DNA of 64,000 bases from Cycas panzhihuaensis (taxonomy: Eukaryota; Plantae; Cycadophyta). The translations under genes and the position numbers were made by a program. The stretch is taken from positions 54,505,741 through 54,569,740 of the forward strand of contig CM041465.1 of NCBI GenBank assembly GCA_023213395.1. The letters run 5' to 3'. Of the stretch, positions 1-12,075 are shown one piece after another. Every line of letters starts with the position of its first letter. Position 1 is the stretch's first letter. The notes beneath the pieces were generated by a model. That model had not been told where the DNA came from. It saw only the letters and a list, made by a program, of their open reading frames with translations, and did no database searches.

Positions 1-1331
1 GGGTGAGTGTTTGTATATGATGGTGATGATCTTTCTGCCAATGATTGATACTCATGCATTTTAAAACTTTTGTCTAGCATAGTTTCCAAAATGCACAAAG
101 TTTTCCCTTCCTTGTCCAACTTTTTGCATAGCATGATCCAGTGTTCTGATCATTTTAGCCTTGTTTCTATTAATTCTTTCTCTCAACTTGCAATAATTCA
201 AACCTTATTGATGTGTTTTTTGATTTTGAATCCCTTGGCAAGTCATTTTCATCAAAACTGCTTCATGTTTTCTATTCTTTGTGACCTTTTATTTTGTCAC
301 GTTTTTGGTAATACCAAACATGCGACATTATGAATAAAACACAACAATCATGTTTTTAGTGTAAAACCACATTTTTGACTATCATACCCATAAATTTTGA
401 CACAAAATGCTGATTTTTCATGGTTTTTGTTATGGCAATTGCCCAAATTTGGAGTTTGACATTGCCCCACCTATCCTGATTGCCTGGTGATTGTCTCACC
501 TTCCTCCATTCAAAGATTTAGTTGTTAGAAATCATCAAAACTATGGGTAGAAACCATGGTTTTCTTACCCACCTTTCTCCCTCTCAGACTCTATAAATCC
601 CTGTGCATTTTCAAAGTTTGGGAGAGAGTGCTTGATGTAACAAAATGTTGCTTAATTTTTGTTAGCCATTGCTAGTATTTTCTTACTGCTTGGAGGTTGA
701 CTGAAGACCGTCTTCTTGGAAAATTGTTGATTCTACTGGAGGAATTGAAGGACCACTTTCACTTTAGTTGTTGTCCTATTCTCAAATTCACCTTCCCACT
801 CACCCATTAGGATCACCTTCTTGCAATTCCAACTAATTTCTTGTCTACATCTTTCTCTCCTACAACATCCCTTGCTATCAATTTCATCATTTTCATGATA
901 CTTGGAGCTTGATGGCAACATGTTGGACAAAGGTGAAGAGTTGAAGCATACCCCCCCAATTTCTCTCAGATTGGGGGTAACTTTATTTTTTTCCCTTCTG
1001 AATTAGTTGTTGGTTTCAGAAATTAGAATTGATTTGTTTTGGATTCATCTTTAAACAAAACAAATAAAAATAAAGTCTTTCCATTGTTATTTTTCTTTTA
1101 TTTTCATCAAAATTTGGTTGTTCTTGTTAGCCTATTTGAGTGATTTGGCTTGGAATCAAACCAAGTTTGATTCCCAAGTCTTTATTAAACTAGTTTCAAT
1201 CCTTGCTTGTAGTCCTTTGTTGGGTAATTATTCTCACATACATCTTACTTATTCAATCCTTGGTTTAGAATTTTCAGCGTTTATTTTCTCGAAGATACTT
1301 TCAAACTCTTGATGACACCTCCAAGATCGCC

Positions 1332-1343
1332 GCTCTGATACCA
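1332..1343 (-). promoter_or_regulatory. Primer-binding site (tRNA-iMet) of a minus-strand LTR retrotransposon remnant
   Basis: GCTCTGATACCA is the reverse complement of TGGTATCAGAGC. It lies 2 nt from TGTAAC at 1346, the expected LTR terminus. Confidence 0.8.
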
Positions 1344-1345
1344 AT

Positions 1346-1878
1346 TGTAACGAACCTATTCTTGTTACCATTCAACATAGAGAAATAGAAATAGAAAATG
1401 ATAGATAAAATATGAAGAAGAAAATGAAGTTCCAAAGAACATTCATTAACATAAGATTACAAAATACATCATGATAATCTCCTTATACATTACATACATA
1501 TATATGGGGCTATTAAGGCTGCCCATCTCTTTGACTTATGCATGTGGGATAAATACAATAAGAGTAACCTCATATGGTGGAGAATCATGACAAAAAGGGT
1601 CAAAGAAAAATAAGCCAAACTCTTGTGAGGAGGTGAATGATAAGCAGGAACATATCTTTTGAGTAATAAGAGTATCCCAACTCTTTTCCATAGAGTTGGA
1701 GGTTGCTCAAACTAGTTGTCTTTCTCATTAAAAGTTCTTCTTGTGCAACACGATTATTGTTAGAATTTTTTATGCATTTGTAAGGTTTCAATTGACACCC
1801 TTTTCCTTGGAAAAATAATTGCAATATCAATGTCATCTTTCCTTTAATTGGTAAACGACATTTCAAAGTGAGGAACAA
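1346..1878 (-). repeat. Probable 5' LTR of the remnant element; right boundary uncertain
   Basis: Starts TG next to the PBS. The right end is guessed at ...GAGGAACA; there is no second copy in the window to confirm it. Confidence 0.35.
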
Positions 1879-4376
1879 TTGAAGAACGCGAATCCATTGA
1901 CCTTTATCTATATTACAAGGTACTCATCTTTCTTCCTAGCACTTGTAATTTTTCGTTTCTTAATTTTTGAACTTTCATAAGTTAACAAAGATAAAGGAAG
2001 AGAAAAGAAAAGAAAGAATATTTTGTTTTCTTATATTGGTTGGTTGGTTTGTTATTTGACTTTCCTCCCTTGTTGCCCATACAAGAAAAACAAAATGTTA
2101 AGAAATTGTTGGTTGGGTTTAGAATTAAGAGCTTTTGCTTGTATGATTGTCTGCCTCTTTCATTCTTTCATTTGCTATTGAATAAATTCAAAAGATTGAA
2201 AAAAATGAAGTGAAAGAGTAGCAATTAGGATAAACATAAGTGCAATAGTAGATTCTAGACTCCTTTATCACTTGTATGCTTGATTGTTTCTTTTTGATTT
2301 CAAGTCATTTAAAAAATATAAAAAGAAAAGAAGAGAAGGAATTGCATTCACTTTTTGCATGATTTGGGTGTTTAGTTGATTGCATATTTGTTCTTTGTTG
2401 TATCCATTCAAATTAAAATGGCATGTTAGATCTGCATTTAGATTTGATTTGTTATTGTTTGGTTTCCTTAGGATAGGCCCCATCTCTCTGATGAAGATTT
2501 GCTTGATCACACAGGACTTGGCACCCTTGGTGTACAAGAACATCCTCTCTCAGAGATAGATACTTCTCTTAGTTAGGAGTTGTTTGATTGACTGAGACCT
2601 GGCATCTCGAGCATACAAACTTCTTCTTTAATATTATTATTCTCTTCCAACCATGTTTTGAGCACTAAAGAGACTGGTTTGTCACTTTACTTTAGGTTAA
2701 AAGTAGTTCTTTTTACCTCTTCTTTCACCTCTAAGCATAAGGATCTATCAAAGTTAGGCATAGACATCCTTGAGCCATTTATCTTCACGGATGAATCATC
2801 ACTAGGTGAGCAAGACCCAAGTGGCTGACCCCCGATAGGGTCGTTAACCTAGGGTTTGGTCTCTCTTGGATTCTCACACTCACCAGTCCTCCCTATTTTT
2901 AAATAATACGACATAGTTTTCTCTCATTTGGGTGGAGGTAAAGGTCTAGGGTAGAATATCCTCCTTAGGTGGACTCCTTGGGTAGTATTAGAGCAAACTT
3001 AGGGAGTTTATTTCATGGTAGGCATCCCCAATGCGTCTTCTACTTAATGGAAAGTTATTTGCACTTTTCTTGAAGTAAAAGGGTCTTTGTTTATTTTGTT
3101 TGATATACTTTTATTTGATTAGATTAAGATTGGTTCTATCACACGTGTGAATTAGTTTAGGATTTAAACTAGTTTGATTCTTTCATCCTCAATCAAGTGC
3201 ACAAATAGAGAAGACCTCTACTTAGAGGTTGGTTGAAAGGGTTACCCCTTGAGACCCATCACCTTTGATTTATTTTCTCCTAGACCCACTTTAGGTGATT
3301 GGCCCCAAGTTGTGACACCAGGAGCAAATCAATTACCAAGGAAAATAAAAGGAAACATCAGTATCCTATTAGAAAAACATTTGCATAATATAGTAATCTA
3401 AGATCCTCAACTATATTATACATGAACAAAATCATAGATCACTCCACAACCTCACAAATTCTCTTAGGGAAAATATTTACTAGCATGATCACTTATAAAT
3501 AAACTAGGACTTACTTCATAAGAAGGACTAGGGCCCATGGTTGGACTTGTTCTAAGGTTAATTGTTCTCAAGAGCTTAGTGAGAACATCCTTATTCACTA
3601 GGAGGCTTAATCGCACAATTAGAGAGTATTGTATCTGAATCTCCAAGATGCCCCATTTAGATGCTACATTAGAAACCATAGAACTGACAAATTCCTTTAA
3701 ATAGTGCAAGGGATTGCTCTAGAAATCATTGTACTAAAAATTGTTGAGTTAATAATTGAGCACAAAATTAGTTGGGTAAAATTTTTGCAATAATATCCCT
3801 TTGTGTGTGTGTGTGTGTGTATATTTCATTATACATTTTGTTATTTTATATTTCATGTTGTAATGAGACATTATCACTTTTTTTGTTATAAAATAAGAGC
3901 CTAGTAAAATGCTCATTAGGTGTGAGGGATGTATTTTGATACGCTATAAATTTTGTTGTGTGATGATATGTGACACTGAGATGTAAGGACCATGCATATA
4001 TGAATATGTGATCATCGTGGTGGCTAAGTACCCAAATGTGTTGTAAGGATTTAATAATAAACCCACCAATAAAATATATGGCCAAATTGCTCAAAGGAAG
4101 ATAAAGGGGGACAAATGACATAAATGGGAAAATAAGCTTTTATGGGGAAGTTCGTAAGTCTTGGCCCTTTATATTTAAAACTCTTTTTTTGTTAGCCCAC
4201 TTGAGAATTAATGTAGTTGGTGGAATATTAATTTACACCCATAACTACAAGTGTGCTTAATCTTTCTAGAACATGATTAAAAGGGGATTATGCTTTGATT
4301 ACTTTTTAATCACCTTAATGTAAGATAACTATGGGTGAGAGGTAGTTGATAATCTGAGGTAGTTGATTTATACTAT

Positions 4377-6895
4377 TGAAACACTCTCCGCGGGGCAATG
4401 ATCCAACGCCTAGCGGGAAGGGCATAAAACAATACGCTAAACAGGCTAAATAGCGAGGATCATACCTCGCAGGACGTCTGCGCCGGAGCGCTGCACGGAC
4501 CGCAAGGTGCTGGTTGCTTCAGTGGCCGTGCAAGACGAGGCCTTCCTACCCTTGGATGGCCGGAAGGAAAAGAATCTCAAGGCCGCTACTTCTCAAGGCA
4601 ATGAGAAGGCGACGAGGGGGCAACCGACCAAAAGTGCAAAGAAAACGGGGTAGAATGCGGCTAGGGGATACAACGCAAACAAGCCTTCTATTCCTATGTT
4701 ATGCAATGTAACAAAGTATGTCTGAGAAGGCAAATGTAAAATAAACAGTTATTTTCCTTTCTTCTTTTATGTTCCTTTACCTATCAAAGTAAATGCAAAG
4801 AGACATAAAAGCATAAAGGAAATACGAGAGATACGTGGAAAATACCTGGATACGGCGGCCAAGTAGAAACGCAGGTTCCCCTCCTCGGTTGCGCTCCTTT
4901 CCTCCTCCCGCGCATGCAACGTCGATCGCAGACAACGAACGGGGTGCACTTACCTCCCCAAAAGCATGCAAGAACTAAACGAAATGAAGGAAACGAAAGC
5001 AAAGCTCAACCGAAAAGGGAGAAGAGATACCATATGGGGCCGACCCAAGAACGGGTCGATCTCGCGCAATGATTCCTCCAACGCAATCACGCAAACAATC
5101 CCAACAAACGCCTTCCTCTCGGAGAGAGAGGCTACTTACAACAAGATATATGTGCATATACTGAAAATGAAATCAACTACGCTAGAAAAATGTAGTTAAG
5201 CACCAACATGTAACGAAAATGAAACAAGGCATGCGATAAATATGCGACTGGTCAGACACCATAAAACACACCAAATGGGATTGAGTGTAGCCTCGGGATG
5301 GCTAACTCACCCACGAGAGGTCTCCACGGTATAGGAAAGCAGTGCTAGCATGCAACAAGGTGAGTCATGTAGTAACAAATTTCCTACACCAAGAGGGAAA
5401 CTCAACCCAACTCTCCAAGGCTTCCCTAGCTCCGTTTCCTAAGAAAGCACGGGTGCTAAAGGGGGAGAGGACAAGGGACGGAACCCTTGGGGAGAAGGAC
5501 GGCAATGGGGGACGGAACCCCGCCTATCTCCCTCAAATCCTCGTGAAAACCCTTTATGCCGGCTAGCTTAGGAAATGGCGAAGGAGGAAGCTAAGAGGAA
5601 GAGGATGGGTTTCAAGGAAATGCAAGAAAATGCACCCAATCTAGGGCAGCACTATAGTAAGCCGCAACTAGCTAAGGTTACTTGCATCAAATGACAAAGG
5701 AGATCCCAAAGAAAGCACACACAAAAGAAGGAGAAGAGCTTGCAAGTAAAATAACAAAAAGCAAGGAAAAATGCACCAACAAGAGACAAGAAATACCTTG
5801 AATGAAGGAGAGCATGCATGCATGCACTTGGCCACTTGGAGCAGCAGCACAAGCAGTGTCTAAGGCTGGTTTTTTAGTGTCCTTTGCAAGAAGATGGAAG
5901 GAGGAAGCTCCGTGCAAGATGGGAGCTAGAAGTTGTCCTTTGGAGTAGTCTTTCTTGTGAAGAAATGCTTTGGATCTTTGAGTATTTGTATGAGGAAGTG
6001 GAGCTTGCGATGGAGAGACGTAGGGGGCGGCAATGGCCCTGCAACTCCAGCTGGTAGTAGCCCACTTCACCTCTGCTCAAGCCGTACATGAAAATCCTTA
6101 GTTTCTGTGTTTTCCTTTGTCTTTAAGTAGAGAGTTTTTGCTTGGAAGTCTAGAAAAGTGAACTCAAGAATGAGGCAAATGAATGAAAAAAGAGTTTTTA
6201 TGCCTTGGGCATAGCAAGTGAACGTTGGGGCCCTCGCGCCCAACTGCTTCGGACCCACGCCAGCTCCGAAAAACGCGCCATCGTCACAGAGTTTCTTTTC
6301 AAATTTTGAGCAGATTACAAGAACTTCGGCGGTATCTAAGTTTACCGCTGCAGACGACCGGCATTGCAAGAACTTTGTGGTACCGCTAAGTTTGTCATGC
6401 AGACTGAAATTTGAAAAAGAGAAAAATACAAAGATAAAAGTCATAAAAATCAGCTTTTTAAGGTAAGAACAAGGGCTGAACATGAATTAAATCAACTGGG
6501 GGAAGGCCCAGGCAGTGGGCAAGTACCCAAAATGGTGCAAAGAGCCCCAACTAAGGGTTAAACCAGGCTTAGGAAGGGTTTGCAACATAAGTGGCATGTG
6601 GCAATAAGGACAAGCAGTGGCGGAGCATCCCGAGAGACCATGGAGACATCGTGAGTGGTCAGACGCCATACGGGTGTCGCATCGCTATGGATGCCCCATT
6701 GTGAGTCGTCATAGGCTAAGAGGTGCCATTAGGCACATGCATTATGAACAAGCAAATCAAGCAAATGCGTGTGGCGGGGCATATGTCAATCAGACTACTC
6801 CAGATTACCTTAGCAATCATAAGTAAGAAAAGTGAAAATATATACCGAACAAACACGTGTCGATCGTCCCGAGTCCATTCCCACTAGCCGAAACA
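4377..6895 (-). repeat. LTR1 (3' LTR, 2519 bp)
   Basis: TGAAACACTCTCCGCGG...CCGAAACA; near-identical to 12076-14518 and homologous to 14522-17055. Confidence 0.92.
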
Positions 6896-7621
6896 TCGCC
6901 TGGCGTGAGCCTCACCGCTCGGGCGTAATGTGATGGCGAATGCTGACAATCAAGAAAACATGAGTAGCACATGCATATATATATATAAGAGCAATCAAGA
7001 GCAGCACGTGATCCAAGGGCGTAGGCAAGTGTCGTGGCGGAACGCGTGGACAAGGGAGACAGAGAGGAGGACAACGTAGGGGCTGCCTACGCGTCGTCTA
7101 ATCATCGACCTGAAAGCGGCAGTAAAGAACGGATGCCCCCGTTGCCAAGGTGCAACGTGAAGTAAGAGGGCATCCAACAAAGTGAGCAAGCATATCTAGC
7201 AAAGAACCGGAGACTTGGGCACGGGCTGGCCAGACAAGCCTCCACATGAAATGGTGTGTATCATGTATGATAGAGGTAGCATGTATGATTTATTTTGTAA
7301 ATGAATGTTTTTGTATGTTGTAAATATGTTGTAAATATTTTGTTGTAATATGCATGTGTTTCCTTCCATGTATGGGTATGTCTAACAGAGCACACACAAC
7401 CACCGTAATGAGGGTGATCGAGGCGTGAGGTTAGAAGATAGGGGCGACATGCACGTCCTGTGGGAGCATAGCGGAATATGCGAAGGAAACCATAAGCACG
7501 GGAGGGGAGTAACGATACTCCCAGCCGCCCTAGTTGGGGAATGCCCAAATAGGAGGACAAAGGTTCCAAAGAGCACACGGGAACGCAGGTTCCGCGGGAG
7601 GAATCGGAAGAAGAAGCAAGA

Positions 7622-8213
7622 ATCCATCTTAAATTGCCATTCTACCCGTGGTTGGGAGGAATGGGAACAATTTAAAATGGTAGTTTAAGCTCATTTCGGG
7701 CGTGAATCCATCTTAAATTGCCATTCAACTCAGCGATTGGGAGGAATGGAAACAATCTAAAATGGTAGTTTAGGCTCGTTTGAGCAAGGATCCATCTTAA
7801 ATTGCCATTCCACCCGTGGTTGGGAGGAATGGGAACAATTTAAAATGGTAGTTTAGGCTCGTTTTGGAGCAAGGATCCATCTTAAATTGCCATTCCACCC
7901 GTGGTTGGGAGGAATGGGAACAATTTAAAATGGTAGTTTAGGCTCGTTTCGGAGCAAGAATCCATCTTAAATTGCCATTCCGCCCGTGGTTGGGAGGAAT
8001 GGGAACAATTTAAAATGGTAGTTTAGGCTCATTTCGGAGCAAGGATCCATCTTAAATTGCCATTCCACCCGTGGTTGGGAGGAATGGGAACAATTTAAAA
8101 TTGTAGTTTAGGCTCATTTCGGAGCAAGGATCCATCTTAAATTGCCATTCCACCCGTGGTTGGGAGGAATGGGAACAATTTAAAATGGTAGTTTAGGCTC
8201 GTTTCGGAGCAAG
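7622..8213. repeat. Tandem array of 7 x ~85-bp hairpin-forming units in the 3' UTR
   Basis: Units start at 7622, 7706, 7790, 7875, 7960, 8045 and 8130. Consensus ATCCATCTTAAATTGCCATTCCACCCGTGGTTGGGAGGAATGGGAACAATTTAAAATGGTAGTTTAGGCTCGTTTCGGAGCAAGG. Confidence 0.97.
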
Positions 8214-11200
8214 AAGAGAGGAAGAGGTGTGCCTAGATCCCATAAGGGTAGGGGTAGTCACACGCAGGGTAGGAGATAGGTGACGAAGAGTAGGGCCAGT
8301 GTGGCTAGGTCTACCAGTAAACTTGCTATGGTCGGAACCAGATGAGCGCAACGGACTTGGCACACGGCGGACCGCGTGGCAAGGTTGCATCCGGGTGGGA
8401 GTGGCTTTAGTCCGAGGTAAGGATCTAGAGCGTGAAGAAGAAGTGCCTCTACGAGTGGCTCGCCGACGTGGGCGCCTACGTGAAACCGCTCGGGGAGGTC
8501 GAGAAGGTAAAATAAATGGTTGGTTTAGGACCAAAGGGCTCGAGCCATCAGAGAATGAGGAAGAGCGAGAATACCTGATCGAGATATTCCCCTAAGTGCT
8601 CGCGAAACCAGGGTCACACGTCGAGGAGAGGGCCCATAACCCTCGCTATCCGAATCAGAATCACTCATGGCGGCTAAGTAATCAGTAACCACCTACGCCA
8701 ATAGGGGCAAACCTAACTAGGTTTGGCTCATGACGTGGCATAGGGCTCGACTGATGAAGGTCGGTCTCCTGAAACAAAGGTCCCACGGAAGGGGTAACCT
8801 CCTCAGGATCGCTATCTTCATCATCGAAAACAGCCTGGTAGGCTGGATGGGAGGTGTGAGACGGCATAGGCTCACGAGCGACAACTTTAACTTGTCCTTC
8901 ATGGACAAATTTAAGTTGCCCCATCGCGGGAGCGCATCGCTCCCATCTGGTCGAGCCATGGTTGGCCCAACAAGAGGTTGTACTCCACATCGACATCGAG
9001 TACAAGAACCCGGCGAAGCTTTTCCCTCCTAAGGTGAGGGATAGGGAGACTGCCCCCAGAGGGGACTTCTCAGTCCCATCATACCCTTGGCATTTCCAAG
9101 GGACAGACTCAAGAGCTACTATGCCTAGCTCCTTGAGCATACGTACAGGCATAGCATTAACCGAGGAGCCATTATCTACAATGGTCCTCTTTACGATACA
9201 ATCAGGAGTGTCAATGGTAATGACGAATGGGTAATGCAAAAGCTTCTCCCGCTTGCTGGGAGATGGGAGATCTCTAGGATCAAATGAGATGACAGGTGGC
9301 CCATGGGAGGTAGCACCTATCGCATGGATGGAAGCGCCTTGTTGGCCAAGAGCTTCAAGAAGAAGAGCACGTTGCTCAGGGCAGCTTCTCAAGACGTCCA
9401 TCAAGGACATTCCCGCAGCGACGGTATAGAGCTCATCAACGATAGAAAAGGGCTTACCCTTCCCTGTGGGTTGGGTAAGGGCTCTCCTAAAGTCGAATCG
9501 ACCTGGGCGGACGGGAATAGTCTTGGGAAGCGCAGGAACCTCCGGAGGAACGGCCCTAAGAGAATCAAGGTAAGATGTGGATGAAGAGGCACCACCGCCT
9601 CTTTAGCGGCTGGGACCCAAGTTAAGGCATATAACCTGAGTGGTCTCAAGCAATTGGACAACCTTCTTTCCCTTATAGCGGGACCGAAGGTGATGGAGCA
9701 CGGCCGTGGGAGCGCCGAAGGGAAGGTGACCTTCGCACACCCTTCCCTCTACCATGCGAAGGGCGAGAATCGGGGGACCTATCCCGATTCTGGTCGTATC
9801 TTTGCTGGATATCACGACCGCGTTCCCTATGTTTGGGGAACGGGTCTCTATAAATGGGCTGATCGAGATTAGGCCTCGATGCTCGCCTGGGGGACGAGTC
9901 GCGTGGGTGCTGTGCCCGGCAACACGCATCGTCATGGAAACACTCCCCGTGGATGGAACACCAACTCTTCTCAAGGGGAGGATCGGTCCTCCTTGCTTGA
10001 GAAGACTGGGTGTTACCCCCTTTGGGGGGCATCGCACGAGAAGTCTGCTGAACAGGTCTATGGGAGGTAGGCGATGAAGGAGGTTGGAGTTTTAACTCCT
10101 TCATCGTGCGCTCGAATGAACGAATGGCCGAAGTAAGGGGATCTAGGGTCCTCTCAGTCGGGTGAGAGGTGGTCCTAGCGGGCTGCGAAGGTGTGATCTC
10201 CTTCGCTGGAGGAGGCGCCTCGCGACGCTGCGAGGGCTTGGGAGGTTTCTTGAGTCCTACTTGGATCTCAATAGCCTCCAAAGCTAAACACCTCGAGATG
10301 GCAGAGTCACACGTGGTTGCCCCCATCTTGAGGACTTCCACATGCACTTCGTGACGGCGTGCATTGACAAACAGATCCCTCTTCAACTCCTCAGGCAATG
10401 TGGCCTTGGTGGAGTGAAGAAGATCGTGAAAGCGTCACACAAAGTCACGGTTCATCTCATCGTGACCTTGTTTGAGCGACAGAAGCGCTTTCATTCCGCC
10501 GAATGGACGGGCTACGTCCAAAGTAGTTGACGAACTCATCCACTAAATTCCGGAATGAGGAAATCGAATGGTGAAGGCGGTGAGAACCACTTGAGGGCGT
10601 CGCCCTGCAAGGACCGCGGGAAGAGCTTCATCAAGATATGGTCGTAGGCCCAATAGTCGATGCACGCCATGGAAAAGTTGCGTACATGTTCGGTTGGGTC
10701 TTGCGACGAAGTCCCGTCAAATTTGGGGACTTCAGGAGGATGAGGCGGCAAGTTAGTCCTTAGCGCCTCGACGCATAAAGGTGTCGACCTATAATCCACG
10801 AAGGGACGTGTCCCAACGTGGGCTAACGGATCGACAACCGGCAAAGGAATGGATGGGGGTGTCGGTCCCATCCCTCCTTGAGGAAACACCCCTTGTGGGA
10901 AGGGGGTCTGCGGATAGATGTTCTGGAAAGGAGGCGCTCCTCAGGCTGACGCAGCAGCAGGAGTCGCACTGGACGTCGGAAACAGAGGGTGAGGGACCGG
11001 GTTTTGCCCATATGGGCCACCCGTAGGTGGCGCGACCCCATATGGGTGCAACGGGTCCACTCCATAGACAGGGAGATGGTTTCCCTTGCCCTGCCCCCAA
11101 GGTTGTGACGTGTAGCCTGGGGGCACGTAAAGAGAAGGACCACCAACCGGGTTCTGGACGTATGTAGGAGTGGGTCCTACATGGCGGGCGGCGGCGCTAG

Positions 11201-11822
11201 TAGGGCCTCGAGGCCTACTAGGGAACGCGTGCGCCACGTTAGGAGGTGGCACGTGCGTTTGGTTTGAGCAAGGCATACTAACCCCGAGTTGAGGGAAAGA
11301 TGCGCCGCGCGCGGGTCCCGAGGAAGTGGGACCACGACTAGGGGCGGCAGGCGCAACACCCGCCTTAGGAGCCGGGGTAGACACGGCATAGGACGTGTGC
11401 GCGCGGGCGGGAGCATCAATCGTCGTAGATGACGCGGGCATGGATGAGGAAGACGCCACGTTGCGTAGCATTTCCGTAAACCATCTAGGAGGCGGTTGGC
11501 GGCGAACTGCTCGAAAGTACTCGCCAAGCGCCTCGACCGCGTCGGCGAGAGGGGTATCCTCATAGCCATACGAGGTCGAAGGGACTTCGGAAGTAGGGGA
11601 TCCCTCAGGGCGCTCCTCGTAAGGCTCGCCCGGTGGGGTGGCGGGTCTCACAGTGGCGGATCTTCCGTGCGTGAGCCAAGGCTCAAAGTCTTCGGTGGAA
11701 ATGGTCATCTGGTAATAGATGGAATCCTCGCCCTCACGGGTGGATTCCGAAACGGATGAAGGGAACTCTTGAGTTCCCGAAGTCATGGCATGGTAGGCCC
11801 AATCAGACGGGTAACCTTCCAT
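8193..11822 (-). pseudogene. gag: Gag-protease polyprotein, split by frameshifts into ORFs 10941-11891, 10536-10889, 9673-10398, 8682-9410 and 8193-8534
   Basis: Start MEGYPSDW (ATG 11822). Capsid motif PKFDGT..DPTEHVRNF..KLFPRSLQGDALKWF, Zn-knuckle-like WCSIHGECFHDDACC and protease active site IVDNGSSVN. Confidence 0.88.
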
Positions 11823-12067
11823 TGCAAAGCGGGGTTCGACGATGGAATGAAACGCGATGATTGGTCTTCTAACAACGGGAAAACCCCGCAAGCGCGAGAA
11901 CGTCGCGATGCAACGCCCGCGGCGTTGTTAGGAAAAGCGAAAAGGAAAAGAAAGGAAAGCACTGCAAACCCGTTGGGGGTTGCCCAACTCAAAACACAGA
12001 ATGCGAACCTACCTAAAGGCAAGAGCACCAACACGAAGGGGAAGCGGATCTAGCTCCCTTACTGGCA

Positions 12068-12075
12068 GTCCCCAG
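12068..12075 (-). promoter_or_regulatory. Truncated tRNA-Arg-type PBS (CTGGGGAC)
   Basis: Directly follows the LTR2 end on the minus strand. Matches only the distal half of the TGGCGAC....CTGGGGA-type PBS seen at 21138-21155. Confidence 0.55.

Noticed and set aside
6896-6915. TGGCGTGA after LTR1 as a plus-strand tRNA-Ser PBS
   Set aside because: Only ~8 nt match, it lies 5 nt from the LTR, and it conflicts with the minus-strand gag and the Arg-type PBS remnant at LTR2.
4514-7189. Short ORFs within the LTRs, repeated at 12-17 kb
   Set aside because: They recur only because the LTRs are repeated, and they show no recognisable domains.
7622-8213. CRISPR-like appearance of the palindromic repeat array
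   Set aside because: Units are contiguous with no unique spacers, there are no cas genes, and the context is a plant retrotransposon.
7622-8213. Hammerhead ribozyme (retrozyme) in the repeat unit
   Set aside because: GAAAC is present, but I saw no CTGANGA core on either strand.
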